Of a DNA stretch of 64,000 nt, positions 25,343-36,969 are shown piece after piece. The notes under the pieces are model-generated. The model did not search any database, was not told the origin of the DNA, and saw nothing but the letters and a program-made list of their open reading frames with translations. Position 1 is the first letter of the stretch; the number at the start of each line of letters is the position of its first letter. This DNA is from Peribolospora baueri (taxonomy: Eukaryota): the NCBI GenBank assembly GCA_029717555.1, contig JAMDHS010000054.1, forward strand, positions 62,001-126,000. Direction: 5' to 3'. The translations under genes and the position numbers were made by a program.

Positions 25343-27500
25343 ATGCGCAGCTTTCGAACCCTGCGGGGGACGCCCCTCACTTGGGCGATCTCCATCTCCT
25401 CTGGCTTTTCCTTCCTCCTCTTCGGATGTGAGCAGGGGCAATGGCTTCTAGACAAAATCGCAGGGTAATCACTGACTTTGCCACATCCTCTTTTGACCTC
25501 GGTGTTATTCAGATGACAACGGCGTCATGTTCGTACGCTGCAATCGCTCTCTGGCCTACATGGGCGATCCCACCTGACGTCCGTCTCTTCTCGCGTTGCC
25601 GCCTCTTCAGGGCTGGCCTGATAACTACCCAGCCTTTCCTGACCGCCATGAATAATCCTGGAGCTGGTATCCTTGGAACAATGGTCGCAATCTACAATTT
25701 GGTGAGCCGTTCGCGATCCCTGCAAAACCAAGGTTCGCGTTTTACTCATCGACTCCGTCTTGCTATATACTAGGGTTGTTTCTTCGGTTGTGTCGTAGCC
25801 AGCTTCGTGGGCTTTAAGCTCGGGCGGCGCAGGACCATCATGCTCGGCTGTTGGGTTAACATCATCGGTGAGCCCACGCCAGTTTCCGCTAAAAAGAAGA
25901 GCGCAATGAAATTTTTAACTGATCTGCTGGATCCCGCGACTCTGCCTTGCAGGGACCATCATTCAAGCGCTCGCATTCGGCGTTCCCCAGCTGATCGTGG
26001 GTCGGATCGTAACCGGCATGGCCACCGGATTGATCACATCTTCCATTCCAACCTGGGTTTCCGAGACTTCGGCAGCCTCCCAGCGCGGCGGTCTCGTCGC
26101 CGGACAGTTGGCCATCGTCAGCTTCGGCATCACGATTGCCGACGCCATCGACTTTGGCATGCACTACGTTACTGGAAGTCAAGCAGCATGGCGTGAGCAT
26201 CCCGTCTTATCTCGTTCGTTCTTGCTCGTTTAGTTCGAGCTTGCAAGCTGACGAAGACCCCTCGGCTCTGTCTCGCACTTTTGGATCCTAGGTTTCCCCA
26301 TCGCTTTTCAGTCTGCCTTTGCTATCCTTACCATATGCACAGTCCATTTCCTTCCGGAATCGCCTCGCTGGCTTTACGCCGTCGGCCGGTCAGACGAAGC
26401 CGACGATGTCCTCTGCCGCCTCAAGGATCTTCCTTTCAACGACGCCACGCTTCAGGCCGAGCGAAACGAGATCATCGGCGCCATCGAATACGAAAAGACT
26501 GCGCCGAAGATGGGCATCAAGGACGTGTTGTGGGACAAGAGCGAGCTCAGGATCATGCGGCGCATCGTCACCGGCTTTGCGTGCCAGTGGTGGCAGCAGT
26601 TTACCGGAATCGGCGTCGTCATCGGTTACCTTCCTCTCATCGTCACCGTCCTCTTGAAACTCTCCGACACGCTCGCCTTGGGACTCGGCCTCGTTTCGGC
26701 CGTCATCTACACCATTGCGTCCGTGCCGCCCGTCTTTTTCATTGATCGAGTAGGAAGGCGGAGGGGTCTCATGTTGGGAAGCGCGGCCATGGCCATCTGC
26801 TGGGCTGTCTTTGTGGCTCTGATCACCCAACCGCAGAGCAAAGGTTGCTTGTACGGTGCGGTCGTCATGATATATCTCTTCCAGATGTGAGTTGGAGACT
26901 TTTTCTCCTTTATTTTCTCGGGCTCGGTCTGTCATCCGTCTCGAGCTGACACTTTTTTTTTCGTCACTGCCAGCGCATTTGCCTTCTCCTGGCTCTCCAT
27001 TCCTTGGATCTACCCGTCCGAAATCACGCCCTTGTCCGTCCGACACGTCGGAGCGGCGGTGGGCACATCTGCCGAATGGCTCTCGGCATTCTTCATCGCC
27101 GAAGTGACCCCTCTGGCCTTGCACAACATTGGTTGGAAATTCTTCTTGGTGTTTGCGGTTATGTGGTGCGTGCTTGCTAGTCCCCTTGGCTCTTCTAGGT
27201 TGGGTAGACCTTTTTTGCATTTTCTTCCGTCTGTGTTCACCCTCGGAAATGCTTGTTTTCCGAACCGGTACTCTCCCCTACAGCGTCGCCGCCATCCCCC
27301 TCGTATATTTCTTCTTCCCTGAAACGGCCGGCCTCACTCTCGAGGCGATCGACCTTCTGTATGTTTCGGGTCGGCTCACGGGCGGGGTCGAGGAACAGCG
27401 AGAGCAAGCTGTACTCCGACATGCGGTTTTGGAGGTCAAGGCCAAGAATGCGACGGACCACGTGGAGTTTGCGAAGGGGAGCGAATCCGGCTCGGCGTGA
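25343..27500 (+). CDS. MFS sugar porter family transporter (STL1/quinate-permease-like; substrate unknown)
   Basis: GFSFLLFG, KLGRRRTI, VGRIVTGMATG, PTWVSETS, WRFPIAFQ, LPESPRWL, QQFTGIG, IDRVGRR, PWIYPSEITPLSVR and FFPETAGLTLEAIDLLY. Confidence 0.93.
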
Positions 27501-28313
27501 TATGACGGGACGAGGGGGGGGAATGTAGGCCTCTTTTCCGCTACCGACACCGTGAGATATATAATATGATTGCATTGGATCGGCTTCGAATACCATTATA
27601 GTTTTGCTGCGAGCTTTGCTATTTGGGTGACGGGACGAATAGCGAACCAAAATGCTCGTGTTTAGGGCCTCCTCGAGCAATATCTTAAACACTCCTTTCA
27701 TTTACATATGGAAACGGGTTTGATATCAAAACCGGCAAGTGTGGCTTCCGGTCGATCCATCTGGGTCCCACAAATGTGTTGCTCTGTAACCGAACGAATG
27801 GTTGGCTCTTGCACAAGTCCACATCCTACCCTCCACAGATATCCCTCTCTCTCAGCCGTAGTCGTATAAAACATCCGCTGAACCAAGCTGTGCTGACGAC
27901 CCCAAAAGATATGTGGAAGGTGTGGTCACATTTGGCTCATCTCCCTACCTACCTATTCATATTTAAGTCCCCGGTCCTAGCTGCCTTTTGTCCTGGTCAC
28001 GGCCATGCGTCCAAGCGCATAGGAAATTGAGCCTGTCTGCCTGGGAAAGTGAGCGCAAACTTTGCTGCAGTCAACGGATGACCCAAGCCATCGCCTGTTA
28101 TCTGTTCATTCGATCCCTCTTTTGCCTTACATTCTCATCTCTATCCTTTAGCAAACCCCTCTCGAGTCTTCCAGACATCCCGACCATGTAAAAACCGAAA
28201 TGCAGCGAGAATGTAGTACAAGACAGTTCGAAAAGCCACACTCCAAGAAGGCACCTCAAAACGCCGACGACCCGTATCCGCAATTGACCAGTCAAGGCAA
28301 AGCGTGACGTCGC

Positions 28314-30116
28314 CTAATCCGCCTCAACCCCACTATCGACGTCAAAGGCCCTCTTCGAAATCTTGACGAACATGTCTCCGGGGTTCTGGTTGAACCTCTC
28401 GACGATCGGCAGGACGTAATCCTCGCTGTTGAGCTTCCAGTCGTAGTTGTGGATGAGTGTGGCGATGCAGACCTGCTGTTCGAGAAAAGCCAGGTTTCGA
28501 CCGGTGCAGGCGCGAGGGCCCTGGGAAAAGGGCATGACGTATTTCCGAAGGACGGCAGATTCGGGAGAGTCTTTGAGCCAGCGTTCGGGGCGGTACGTCC
28601 AAGGGTCGGGGAAGAGGTCGGGGTTGTGGTGGAACGTGTAGGTCGGGACGGAAACCGTGATGCCGCCTGGAATGAACTCTCCCTGGACGAGGGGTGCCAG
28701 CACAAAGACCCGTCGAGAGTCAGTACGTGAAAATAATGACGATAAAAGCGATTGTTCTCACTGCGATCGTGACCCCCTCGGGCGGCGTGACTCGAGGCAG
28801 CCCTAAGCCAGTGGGAGGCCGGTCTCGCAGGGCCTCGTCAATGCAAGCTCGCAAGTACTTGAGGTTTTTGACTTGCTCGTAGGCGGCAATACATCGGTAT
28901 GGGCCCAGCTCTCCGTCAAGCTCCGCGCGCAAAGTCTCAAACACGCGCGGGTTTTTGATGATGTGATACATGATCGAGGTCATGGCCGTCGCGCTTGTAT
29001 CCGAACCGGCGTTGATCATGACGCCCGCCTCGGAGACGAGCTCCCGGAAGGGCAAGTTGAGGTCATCACCTTTATTGTTGACGAGGTAATTGGTCCAAAA
29101 GTCGCGGAATTCGGGCTCGTGCTCGAAGCGCTTCCGGACTTTGCGAATGCAGACGTCAGTGAACTCGGCACCTCCGATGTTGCCGGGATGCCATTTGGTG
29201 AGCCACTTGGTCCAGGTCAGAAGCTTTGGCCAGTGGGCGAGGATAACGTCATAGCGGGAGTTGGTGTGAAAAGCTTTGATGGCGTTGACGTAGTAGCGCT
29301 TGCCATCGACGGTCTCGGCTTCGACGATGTCGGTGCCAGAATCGACCATGTGGGTGCAATCGTCGTAGGCGAGCTTGGTGATGATGTCAAACGTGAAGAG
29401 ATTGAGATACCACCGAACGTTGAAGAGAGGAGACTCAGAGACGGGAACAGACGGGTCCGAGCAGAAAGAGTCGAACTTGGACATGAGGACCTCGGCCTGA
29501 GTGAGGTCCGAAGCAAGAAGAAGTTAGGGAGGTTGGTCCTACACGGCAGAGGCTGCTACCGATGCTCACCCTTTCCCGAACGAGAGGTTCCATGTCCACG
29601 ATGCTCTTCTGAGCAAAGGCAGAGGCAATGTACTTCCTCTTCCTCGAGTGCTCTTCCCTACTCCGGGTGCCGACAATGCTCTTAAACTCGTTTCCCGAGA
29701 AGGTCTCATAAAATTCGTCTTTGAGCATTACAGTACCGTGCCCGTAGATAGCAGCGACTGCGTCGGGGTGGTTGAAGGAGATATGCTTCGGCTGAATCCT
29801 GATGATGGGACCAAGCTTGCGGTGTGCCTCATCAACAGCAAGAGATCGACGAACGAACCATGAGTGATATGCCGCCCAGAGATTGGAAAAGCCGGCGATG
29901 GACGGTGCAGGGAAGCGTCGAAGACCGTGGCGGTCGCCAAAGTAGTTGACCAGGTATCGGACGGCGACGGCCAAGACAACAAAGACGAGGCCTGACGGTA
30001 AGCAGAAAGCATGGTTCAGTAAGGGACGCCTTCTCCGCTTCCAATTCCAACAGGGCCAACGCACATGACGCAGCCAATGCTGACAGTTGCTGTGGAATGC
30101 CGAGATTGCCGTGCAT
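28314..30116 (-). CDS. Cytochrome P450 monooxygenase (benzoate-4-monooxygenase/CYP53-clan-like); four exons
   Basis: N-terminal TM anchor followed by GLRRFPAP, HRKLGPIIRIQPKHISF, I-helix AGSDTSA, ExxR (DEALR), YRPERW and heme motif PFSQGPRACTGRNLA. Confidence 0.95.
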
Positions 30117-30904
30117 GTCGTATCAGGCAAGAAATACGCTGAGTTGTGAGAGAAAGCGACGATGAGGAGAACAATGGCGTGTCTCCACTACATATATACC
30201 TTTCCACCTCCACTTAAAGCTGCCAAATGCAAAGCGGTTGCCGAACACCGTAGACATTGGTGCCGATGTCGACGAAGCGGCTCATACGGGCAAGGCAACT
30301 CGATCGGTTGTCTCCTGCCCGAGTGGCCATCTCGTCTGGAAAACACGCGAAGCCGAAACGAAGTGCGGTTACAAGCCGCTCGGTGTGCCTACTCGGACCT
30401 CGGCAACCTCTTCCTTCGCCATTGCCCAGGCGCTTTCGTACGACGCTCATGATGGCCTTATTCGGAATAACAGCTGTCAACGTCGCGTCCTCGGCTAACG
30501 AAGCTGAAGCGGGGCCCCTTGATTGCTGCGACGCCGTGGCGAGTTTTGTCCAGAAAAGGAAATCGACACGTCGGGGCGAGCTGGCTGGCGACTGCGGGAG
30601 AGAGGCGAGGACGGCAAGAACTTCCATTCCCATCCATTTCTATCGTGCCTTTGGGTGGGAGGGAGGAAACGGTGAACACCGAAGTCCGAACCTTGCCCCG
30701 GTCGGGGTCCATTGGAGGACGTAGACGATTGGGTGGGGCCACACCCGATGCGTTCTTCAAGGCTGCCGCGCCGGCATCTCAATATTCAGCCCGGCTTATC
30801 ATCCCATCTCATTTTCCCTATTTATAACGCCCTCTGCGCTTCTGCGCCTCTTCTCCATCCTCCCCACATCCCCTCCCTTCACACCCTCGATAATCGCACT
30901 CACC
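30117..30904. promoter_or_regulatory. Divergent promoter shared by P450 and ADH
   Basis: Head-to-head ATGs. TATA-like TATATA at about 30193-30198 (P450 side) and TATTTATAA at 30819-30827 (ADH side). CGG-N6-CCG palindrome CGGTGAACACCG at 30670-30681. Confidence 0.55.
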
Positions 30905-32441
30905 ATGGGTTACCCGGAAACTTTCAAGGGCTACGCTTCGTTCTCTCAGGACAACTGGGCCGACTTTAAGCTGCTTGAATACAAGCCGCGCGAGTTCACC
31001 GAGTTTGACATCGATGTCAAGATATCCTGCTGTGGAGTCTGCGGTTCAGACGTACACACGTTGAAGAACCAAGGAGTGAGTGGTCGTGTTTACTCCTCCA
31101 ACGTAGGCCCACTTAGCGAGCGATCGAGCTCACCGCGCGATCTCCCCTCGTGCTCTCGTTTGCGCCCATCTTAGACCTGGACCGGCACCAAGTACCCCAT
31201 CGTTGTGGGTCATGAGATCGTCGGAAAGGCCATCCGTGTTGGCTCCAAGGTCACGGATGTCAAGGTCGGCGACATGGTCGGTGTTGGCGCTCAGATCGGC
31301 TCTTGCGGTGAATGCAAGTTCTGCAAGAGTGGCAACGAAAGTAAGCCACAGTCAGCCGATGTCCTGGACCTTGTCCTCTGAAGATGCTGCTGACGCTGGA
31401 ACGTACCGTTTCGCTCCCACTTCATAACTCTTCAAAGACTACTGCAACGTCAGGATGATCGACACCTATGGCACCACGTTCGAGGATGGGACATTCCAGC
31501 ACGGCGGTTACGCCAATTACATTCGCGCCCACACTCAGTTCACCTTCAAGATTCCGGTGAGTCTTCGATATCGTCCACGTTTCGCTATTCTCAGGATGGA
31601 CGCTCACCCTTTATGCGTCCCTCATCTCTTCGTAGGACGGTCTCGCCCCTGAGATCGTCGCACCCATGCTCTGCGGCGGCCTCACCTGCTTCTCCCCGCT
31701 GGTTCGTAACGGTGCGGGTCCTGGAAAAAAGGTCGGCATCGTGGGCATCGGTGGATTGGGACACTTCGGCGTCCTGTTAGCCGCTGCTCTCGGCGCCGAA
31801 GTCTACGCCATCTCGCACTCTGCCAATAAGAAGCAGGACGCAATCAAGGTAAGTCCGTGAAGCTATGCTCAGTTTCACCACGGCCTTGCGAAACTGACCT
31901 TACCTTCGAACTACTTCCCTCTCGTACACAGATGGGCGCTTCCCACTTCGTCGTCACCTCTGAGAAGGGCTGGGCCGAGCCCCTTCAACACGAGTTGGAC
32001 CTCATCGTATCTACGACGAATAGCAGCGACAACTTCCCTATCAAAGAGTACCTCTCCCTCCTTACCGTTCATGGCAAGTTCATCAGTGTCGGCTTGCCGG
32101 AGGCTCCGTTCCCGGAGCTCCGCTGCCAGGACTTTACTCCTCAGGGATGCTTCTTGGGCGCTTCTCACATTGGCAACAAGACCGAGGCCCTGCAGATGCT
32201 CGAGTTGGCCGCAAAGCAAAATGTTAAGAGCTGGATCCAGCCGATCAAGATTTCCGAGGCTGGTTGCAAAGAGGTGCGGCTGCCTAGCACGGATGCTCCG
32301 TCTCGTCTGAGCGTATGCTTACCCACAGAACCGCCCCTCTTGTATGGCTCTGCCCAGGTTGTCGAGTCCGTCAATAACGGCAAGGCGAGGTACCGCTACG
32401 TATTGACTGACTTTGACGACGAAAAGTTTGCCGGAAACTAG
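30905..32441 (+). CDS. NADPH-dependent zinc medium-chain alcohol dehydrogenase (Adh6/Adh7, cinnamyl-alcohol dehydrogenase type)
   Basis: CGVCGSDVH, VGHEIVG, VGVGAQIGSCGECKFC, GGYANYIR, APMLCGGLTCFSPL, GIVGIGGLGHFG and KARYRYVL. Confidence 0.95.
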
Positions 32442-32891
32442 GTATTGTGTAACTTGGAGCATAGCATAGTATAGAGCCTTTTCCGCGGCACGACCTCTCG
32501 CCGCGGGCCACGTATACATTGGGGGAATCAAGAGACGGTGGCTGTATAACATCTCTTTGGCGCGAGCAGCCGAACCGACCATGGCAACATTGTCGAGTGT
32601 CCCCCGAGAGACGAACGTCGCGACACCTTCGATCCGCCGTGGCGCTGGCGTACTGTGGAAGAGGGTCCCGAATGATAAGTAGGGATTAGATATATCTGCG
32701 CCATCGGACAAACGAAATTTTCTCAAATTACACGCAACCAAGTGACACCACCGCGACCGCCATTTTATGCTCCTATAAAGCCAACAAGCCGGCCTGACAT
32801 GTAGAGCTGGAGGAGCGAGGGAGAATTGATATCCGCCGCCCGCTCGCGGTCAGATCGTTCCCTCGCACGTGGCTCTGATTGCCAGACAGAA

Positions 32892-34208
32892 CGCAGCCCA
32901 CCCGTCAGAAAGTGGATAACACGGTTAGTGTTACGTCGCACGTGACGCCACGCATACGTGTCTTTTCCTGTCGTCGTCGTCGCTTGCCCGAGCGACACCC
33001 TCTGTTCCTCCGACCACTCTCCTTTCCCTTCTGCACTACTTCAATACCTACACATCCTTCGTCTTTGAGACCATGGAAGGCAACAGGTTCTGCCGAAGAT
33101 GTCGGAAAGACGTTCCTTTATCCCAGTTTTCTCAAAAAAAACCTTCGAGGTGACTACTATGCGGAATGCAACAACCATCCGCAAACAAACAGCGTTTGCG
33201 GTTTGCGGTTTGCGGTTTGCGGTTTGCGGTTTGCGGTTTGCGGTTTGCTATTGTTTGCGGATGGTTGTTGCATTCCGCATAGTAGTCACCTCGAAGGTTT
33301 TTTTTGAGAAAACTGGGATAAAGGAACGTCTTTCCGACATCTTCGGCATTTCATGCTCCATGATTTCCTGGTCCTCGTACGCAAGACTCGACATTTCAAA
33401 AATGGCCAATTCGGATCACATGTCAAGATTCAGCTTTCTCCCAGTGAGCTATCCCTTGCGCTCATGTCCCGCCAAGCCAGAAGAAATAAGGTTATTGCGG
33501 ACCACATTGCATCGTGTCTATGGAAGGAGTCCGGCTTCAGGTGGATGTAAGTGTTTTCTGACTCGACCAATGCAGTTTTTAGAGATGTCTGGTGCTTGAA
33601 ATCAGTCCTGGGTCCTTGCAAGCTCGCTTACCCTCTCCCCCAACCACTCCAACTCTTTCGCCTTATGTCAAATTTTGTCTCTCCTTTCTCTGCAAGAAGG
33701 AATGCCGTAGTCCTCACAGGTTGCATCAAGTACGACCGACCTCTTGTGTCCTTACAGCGCTTGACTCCGGACAAGCCCAGGCAAGTGCATCGGCCCCTGC
33801 AACCTGTACATCAAGCAACTCGGCCATTGGTGATGCCATCACTAGCTGTCGTGCTGCCTCCGTTGACTCGCTCTTCAGGCCCTTAACTTGCCACTGCTTC
33901 CGTGACCCTACCATCCACCAGAAACGCACTTGGGCATTTGAAGGGTGTCGCCAACAATTCCTCCTCTGCCTTTTCTCCTTCCCTCCGTAAGTAATCCTGT
34001 AGCTGGAGCGGCGATCCCAATATTTCTTCACATGTACATATTCATTTCATGGAACTGAACCGAATAGAATAGGCGAAGAAGCAGGAAGGTTAGAGGGGAG
34101 GGAGCGTGGACTTCGTCGTCGATCGTTTGATCGTCTCGATGATGAGCAGGTGAATTTCACGTGACGTAACCCTAACAATTCTATCCACTTTCTGACGTGT
34201 GGGCTGCG
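32892..34208. mobile_element. Putative decayed TIR element (about 1.3 kb) defined by a degenerate ~50-bp inverted repeat pair
   Basis: 32892-32945 reads CGCAGCCCACCCGTCAGAAAGTGGATAACACGGTTAGTGTTACGTCGCACGTGA. The reverse complement of 34157-34208 reads CGCAGCCCACACGTCAGAAAGTGGATAGAATTGTTAGGGTTACGTCACGTGA. No TSD identified. Confidence 0.55.
33091..33348. repeat. Perfect 98-bp inverted repeat (foldback) with 62-nt spacer made of GTTTGCG tandem repeats
   Basis: Arm 33091-33188 is the exact reverse complement of arm 33251-33348. The spacer holds 7 perfect and 1 imperfect GTTTGCG units (33194-33249). Confidence 0.97.
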
Positions 34209-34265
34209 ACGCTTCATTGCCGGTGAGGCAAGCAAACGATCGGAGCGCACGTGCAGATATGTGAA

Positions 34266-36341
34266 ATGACGGCACGTGCGCAAAGGGAGAAGAGCCAGAC
34301 TATGTATGTTCTTGTACCTGACGTCGGGTTGTCCCTCTTTCTTTGCTCCATCCAATATCCCCAGTCCTTAGACTGCTCCTCAAGCCGCTATCCTTCTTCG
34401 CTGCGTCTTAGTCCCCCGGAGCGTGGTGGCAGCAGCGGAGGCTGAGAAGGATCATGGGCAAGCTGACCATCGGTGGGTCCGCGCCGAAGGAGCGATGATG
34501 TTCCTCAAGACTTCTTCTGACGGGCCCTCACCCATCCATGGTTTGCACCTCTCCTACAACACACCTCTGATCTTCCAGCGACCGTCGGAGCGGTATGCAA
34601 GGCATGGCTTAAGATTGGCTGCAAAGAGGTGCATGTGGAAGGTCTGAAGGGCTTTCATGACTTGATCAAAGAGGGCAAGGCAAGAGGGAGAGGTGTCCTT
34701 ACCAGTGAGTTAGTTGGTGAGAGGACATGGGGAACCGAGGAGGAACAGCACAAGGGCTGGAAATCTCGAGGCATCTGAACTTTTTTATTCTTTTTCTCCC
34801 GTACGGATCCGTCCATATATAGTCGCCAACCACATCTCTGTGTGAGTGATGGAGGCACCGCTATGCTTCCAGATCCCCGTCTTGGTATCTTGTCTCAATT
34901 AACTGTGTATTAATCCGACCTTTTCGTCATCCTCCAACCATATGTCAACTTTGGTGTGGCATGACATAGCCTGGACGAACCAACAGTATGGGGCACATTG
35001 CCGATGAGGTCCTTCTTTGGGTCACATACCTCACGGTGGACGCTAGGCGCAAGCGATATTATGTTTACCAAGCCGTGAGCGTCGTCAGCTTGGGCAATTT
35101 CCAGCACCTTCACTCTTGCTCCAAGCCTCATACTTGCGCTCTGATTCGTTCCATCGTTCCCTCCCCCAATCCCGCCACCAATCACCAGATGGCACCGTCT
35201 CTTCTTCACCTTGGGCCAAGTGATTGAGACGCACCGAGGGCAGGGCATATTCCAGAGCGCTTTGGATAAGGCGATCGGCAAATTGAACCAGGGTCATTGG
35301 GTCAGTCGGAGGATGAGGGTAGCTCCAAAAAACTATGGAAGGATGGTGAAAGTGGTGACGCAGGCCCGTAGTTGATTGGGCGCTCACAACTCTTCTTACC
35401 CAACTCTAATCATCCCCACTCTCACAGGTCCATCTCTTCCCAGAGGGCTACGTCAACCAAACCCGGCTGACACGAAGAGACCTACGCCGCTTCAAATGGG
35501 GCGTCAGTCGGTTGCTGCTGGAGGCCGACGAGATGCCTGTTGTCATACCTCTTTGGCTGACCGGTGAGCTTGCCCACTCGTTGCTGCGTCGACATCTGTC
35601 GTTTGGGTTTTCTGAACGTTTCAGATTGCACTACACTTCGTTTGGGGGTCTCCTTTAAAACGGTTCCACTCCTATGGAAACTAATTATTTTTTACTTGAC
35701 GTGTCTGTCATCATTCCGCCGCTTCACCAGGCTTTGATGAAATGATGCCCGAACCGCGTGCCTGCCGTCCCTTCCCGCAATTCGCTCCCATCCCGGGCAA
35801 GACCATTTCCTTGACCTTCGGCTCTCCGATCGATCACCGCATTTCGGATTTGAGGAAGGAATGGAGACAGAGGATGTTAATGGAGGGGAAGGACGTGACG
35901 AGAGTGAGGGGGCTGTGGAACGGGGATGAGAGCGGGATCGGCCGTGGCCAATTATCGAACCGTGTCATTGACACGTCAATTTCGACTGCGGTGGAGCAAG
36001 ACGCCAGAAGGGAGGTATTGAAGAGGACTACAGTGGTGCGCGGGGAGGGGGAGGCGCAGACCGAGATTGCGGCGAGCGCGAGCGAACCCTCCTCTCCGCC
36101 TTCCAAAGTCCATCTTCCCAACTCGTTCGATGACCAATACTCCACCTCCATGCGCTCCCGCATCGCTTCGCTCCTTCGGGACGAGCTGAGGGCTTTAGGC
36201 AAGGACGTCCGGGCGAGGCGGGGTGGCGGAGAAGTTGGTGCCTCGTTGGTCGAGGGCTGGGAGGAGGACGAGGGACATGGATTCCGCCAGTTGGAGACGT
36301 ACTGGACAGGGGAGCAGTATAGGCCGACCGAGGGACGCTAA
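34266..36341 (+). CDS. TAZ1: Tafazzin (cardiolipin transacylase); start codon uncertain (34266 or 34454)
   Basis: RGVLT/xANHISV/LDEPTVWGTLP (HX4D motif), RWTLGASDIMF, FFTLGQVIETHRGQGIFQ, W/VHLFPEGYVNQ, RFKWGVSRLLLE and PLWLTG/FDEMMPE. Confidence 0.92.
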
Positions 36342-36969
36342 ACGGGTGAACCCTCCTTTATATCCATGCTCGCTTCTTCTCGCTCCTTGCATTTCCCCAA
36401 CCCTCTTGACCTATATAGACTAGACGGGGGTCCTCATTATAGCAGCCCCGCCGAACAAGCACCCGCATCCAGACGCGAACGCTACCGTCGCTTTCGCTTT
36501 CGCATTCTCTTGTTTCTTATTTATTTGCTTATAGGTGGATGGAGGTGGCGCCCATTCACTCTATTCTTGATCGAGTGGCGGACGGCCGTAATCGATTTCG
36601 CTGGACAGAGGCCCTGTTCACCCAAGAGATCCGTGCACGATTAGATGCTTGACCTGATAGCTGCGTTCACTCAAGAGCTGCGTCAGTCGCATGCAAGAAA
36701 CGATAGAAAGGGAGAGCGACATTGTCGATGAATGGGTCAGTGACGGATAAGAGAAGCGCTGAAGAAGGAGCTGGGGATGAGAAGAGAGTGACCCGGTAAG
36801 CTCGCGCAGAACATGACTTTTGTCGCCCCTACGCAGCCAGGATTGTGACTGCCCAAAGAAACTGGGTCGGTGGATTCGTACTCATATTCCTGGGATCAAG
36901 ATGAGCGACCTACTCGAGCACAAAAGTTACCAGCCAGTTTGCCCAGGTTCTAAACAAGGCGCACATGTT

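Noticed and set aside
33194..33249. GTTTGCG array as a CRISPR array or telomeric repeat
   Set aside because: There are no spacers and the context is eukaryotic. The unit is not TTAGGG-like and appears to derive from the adjacent arm.
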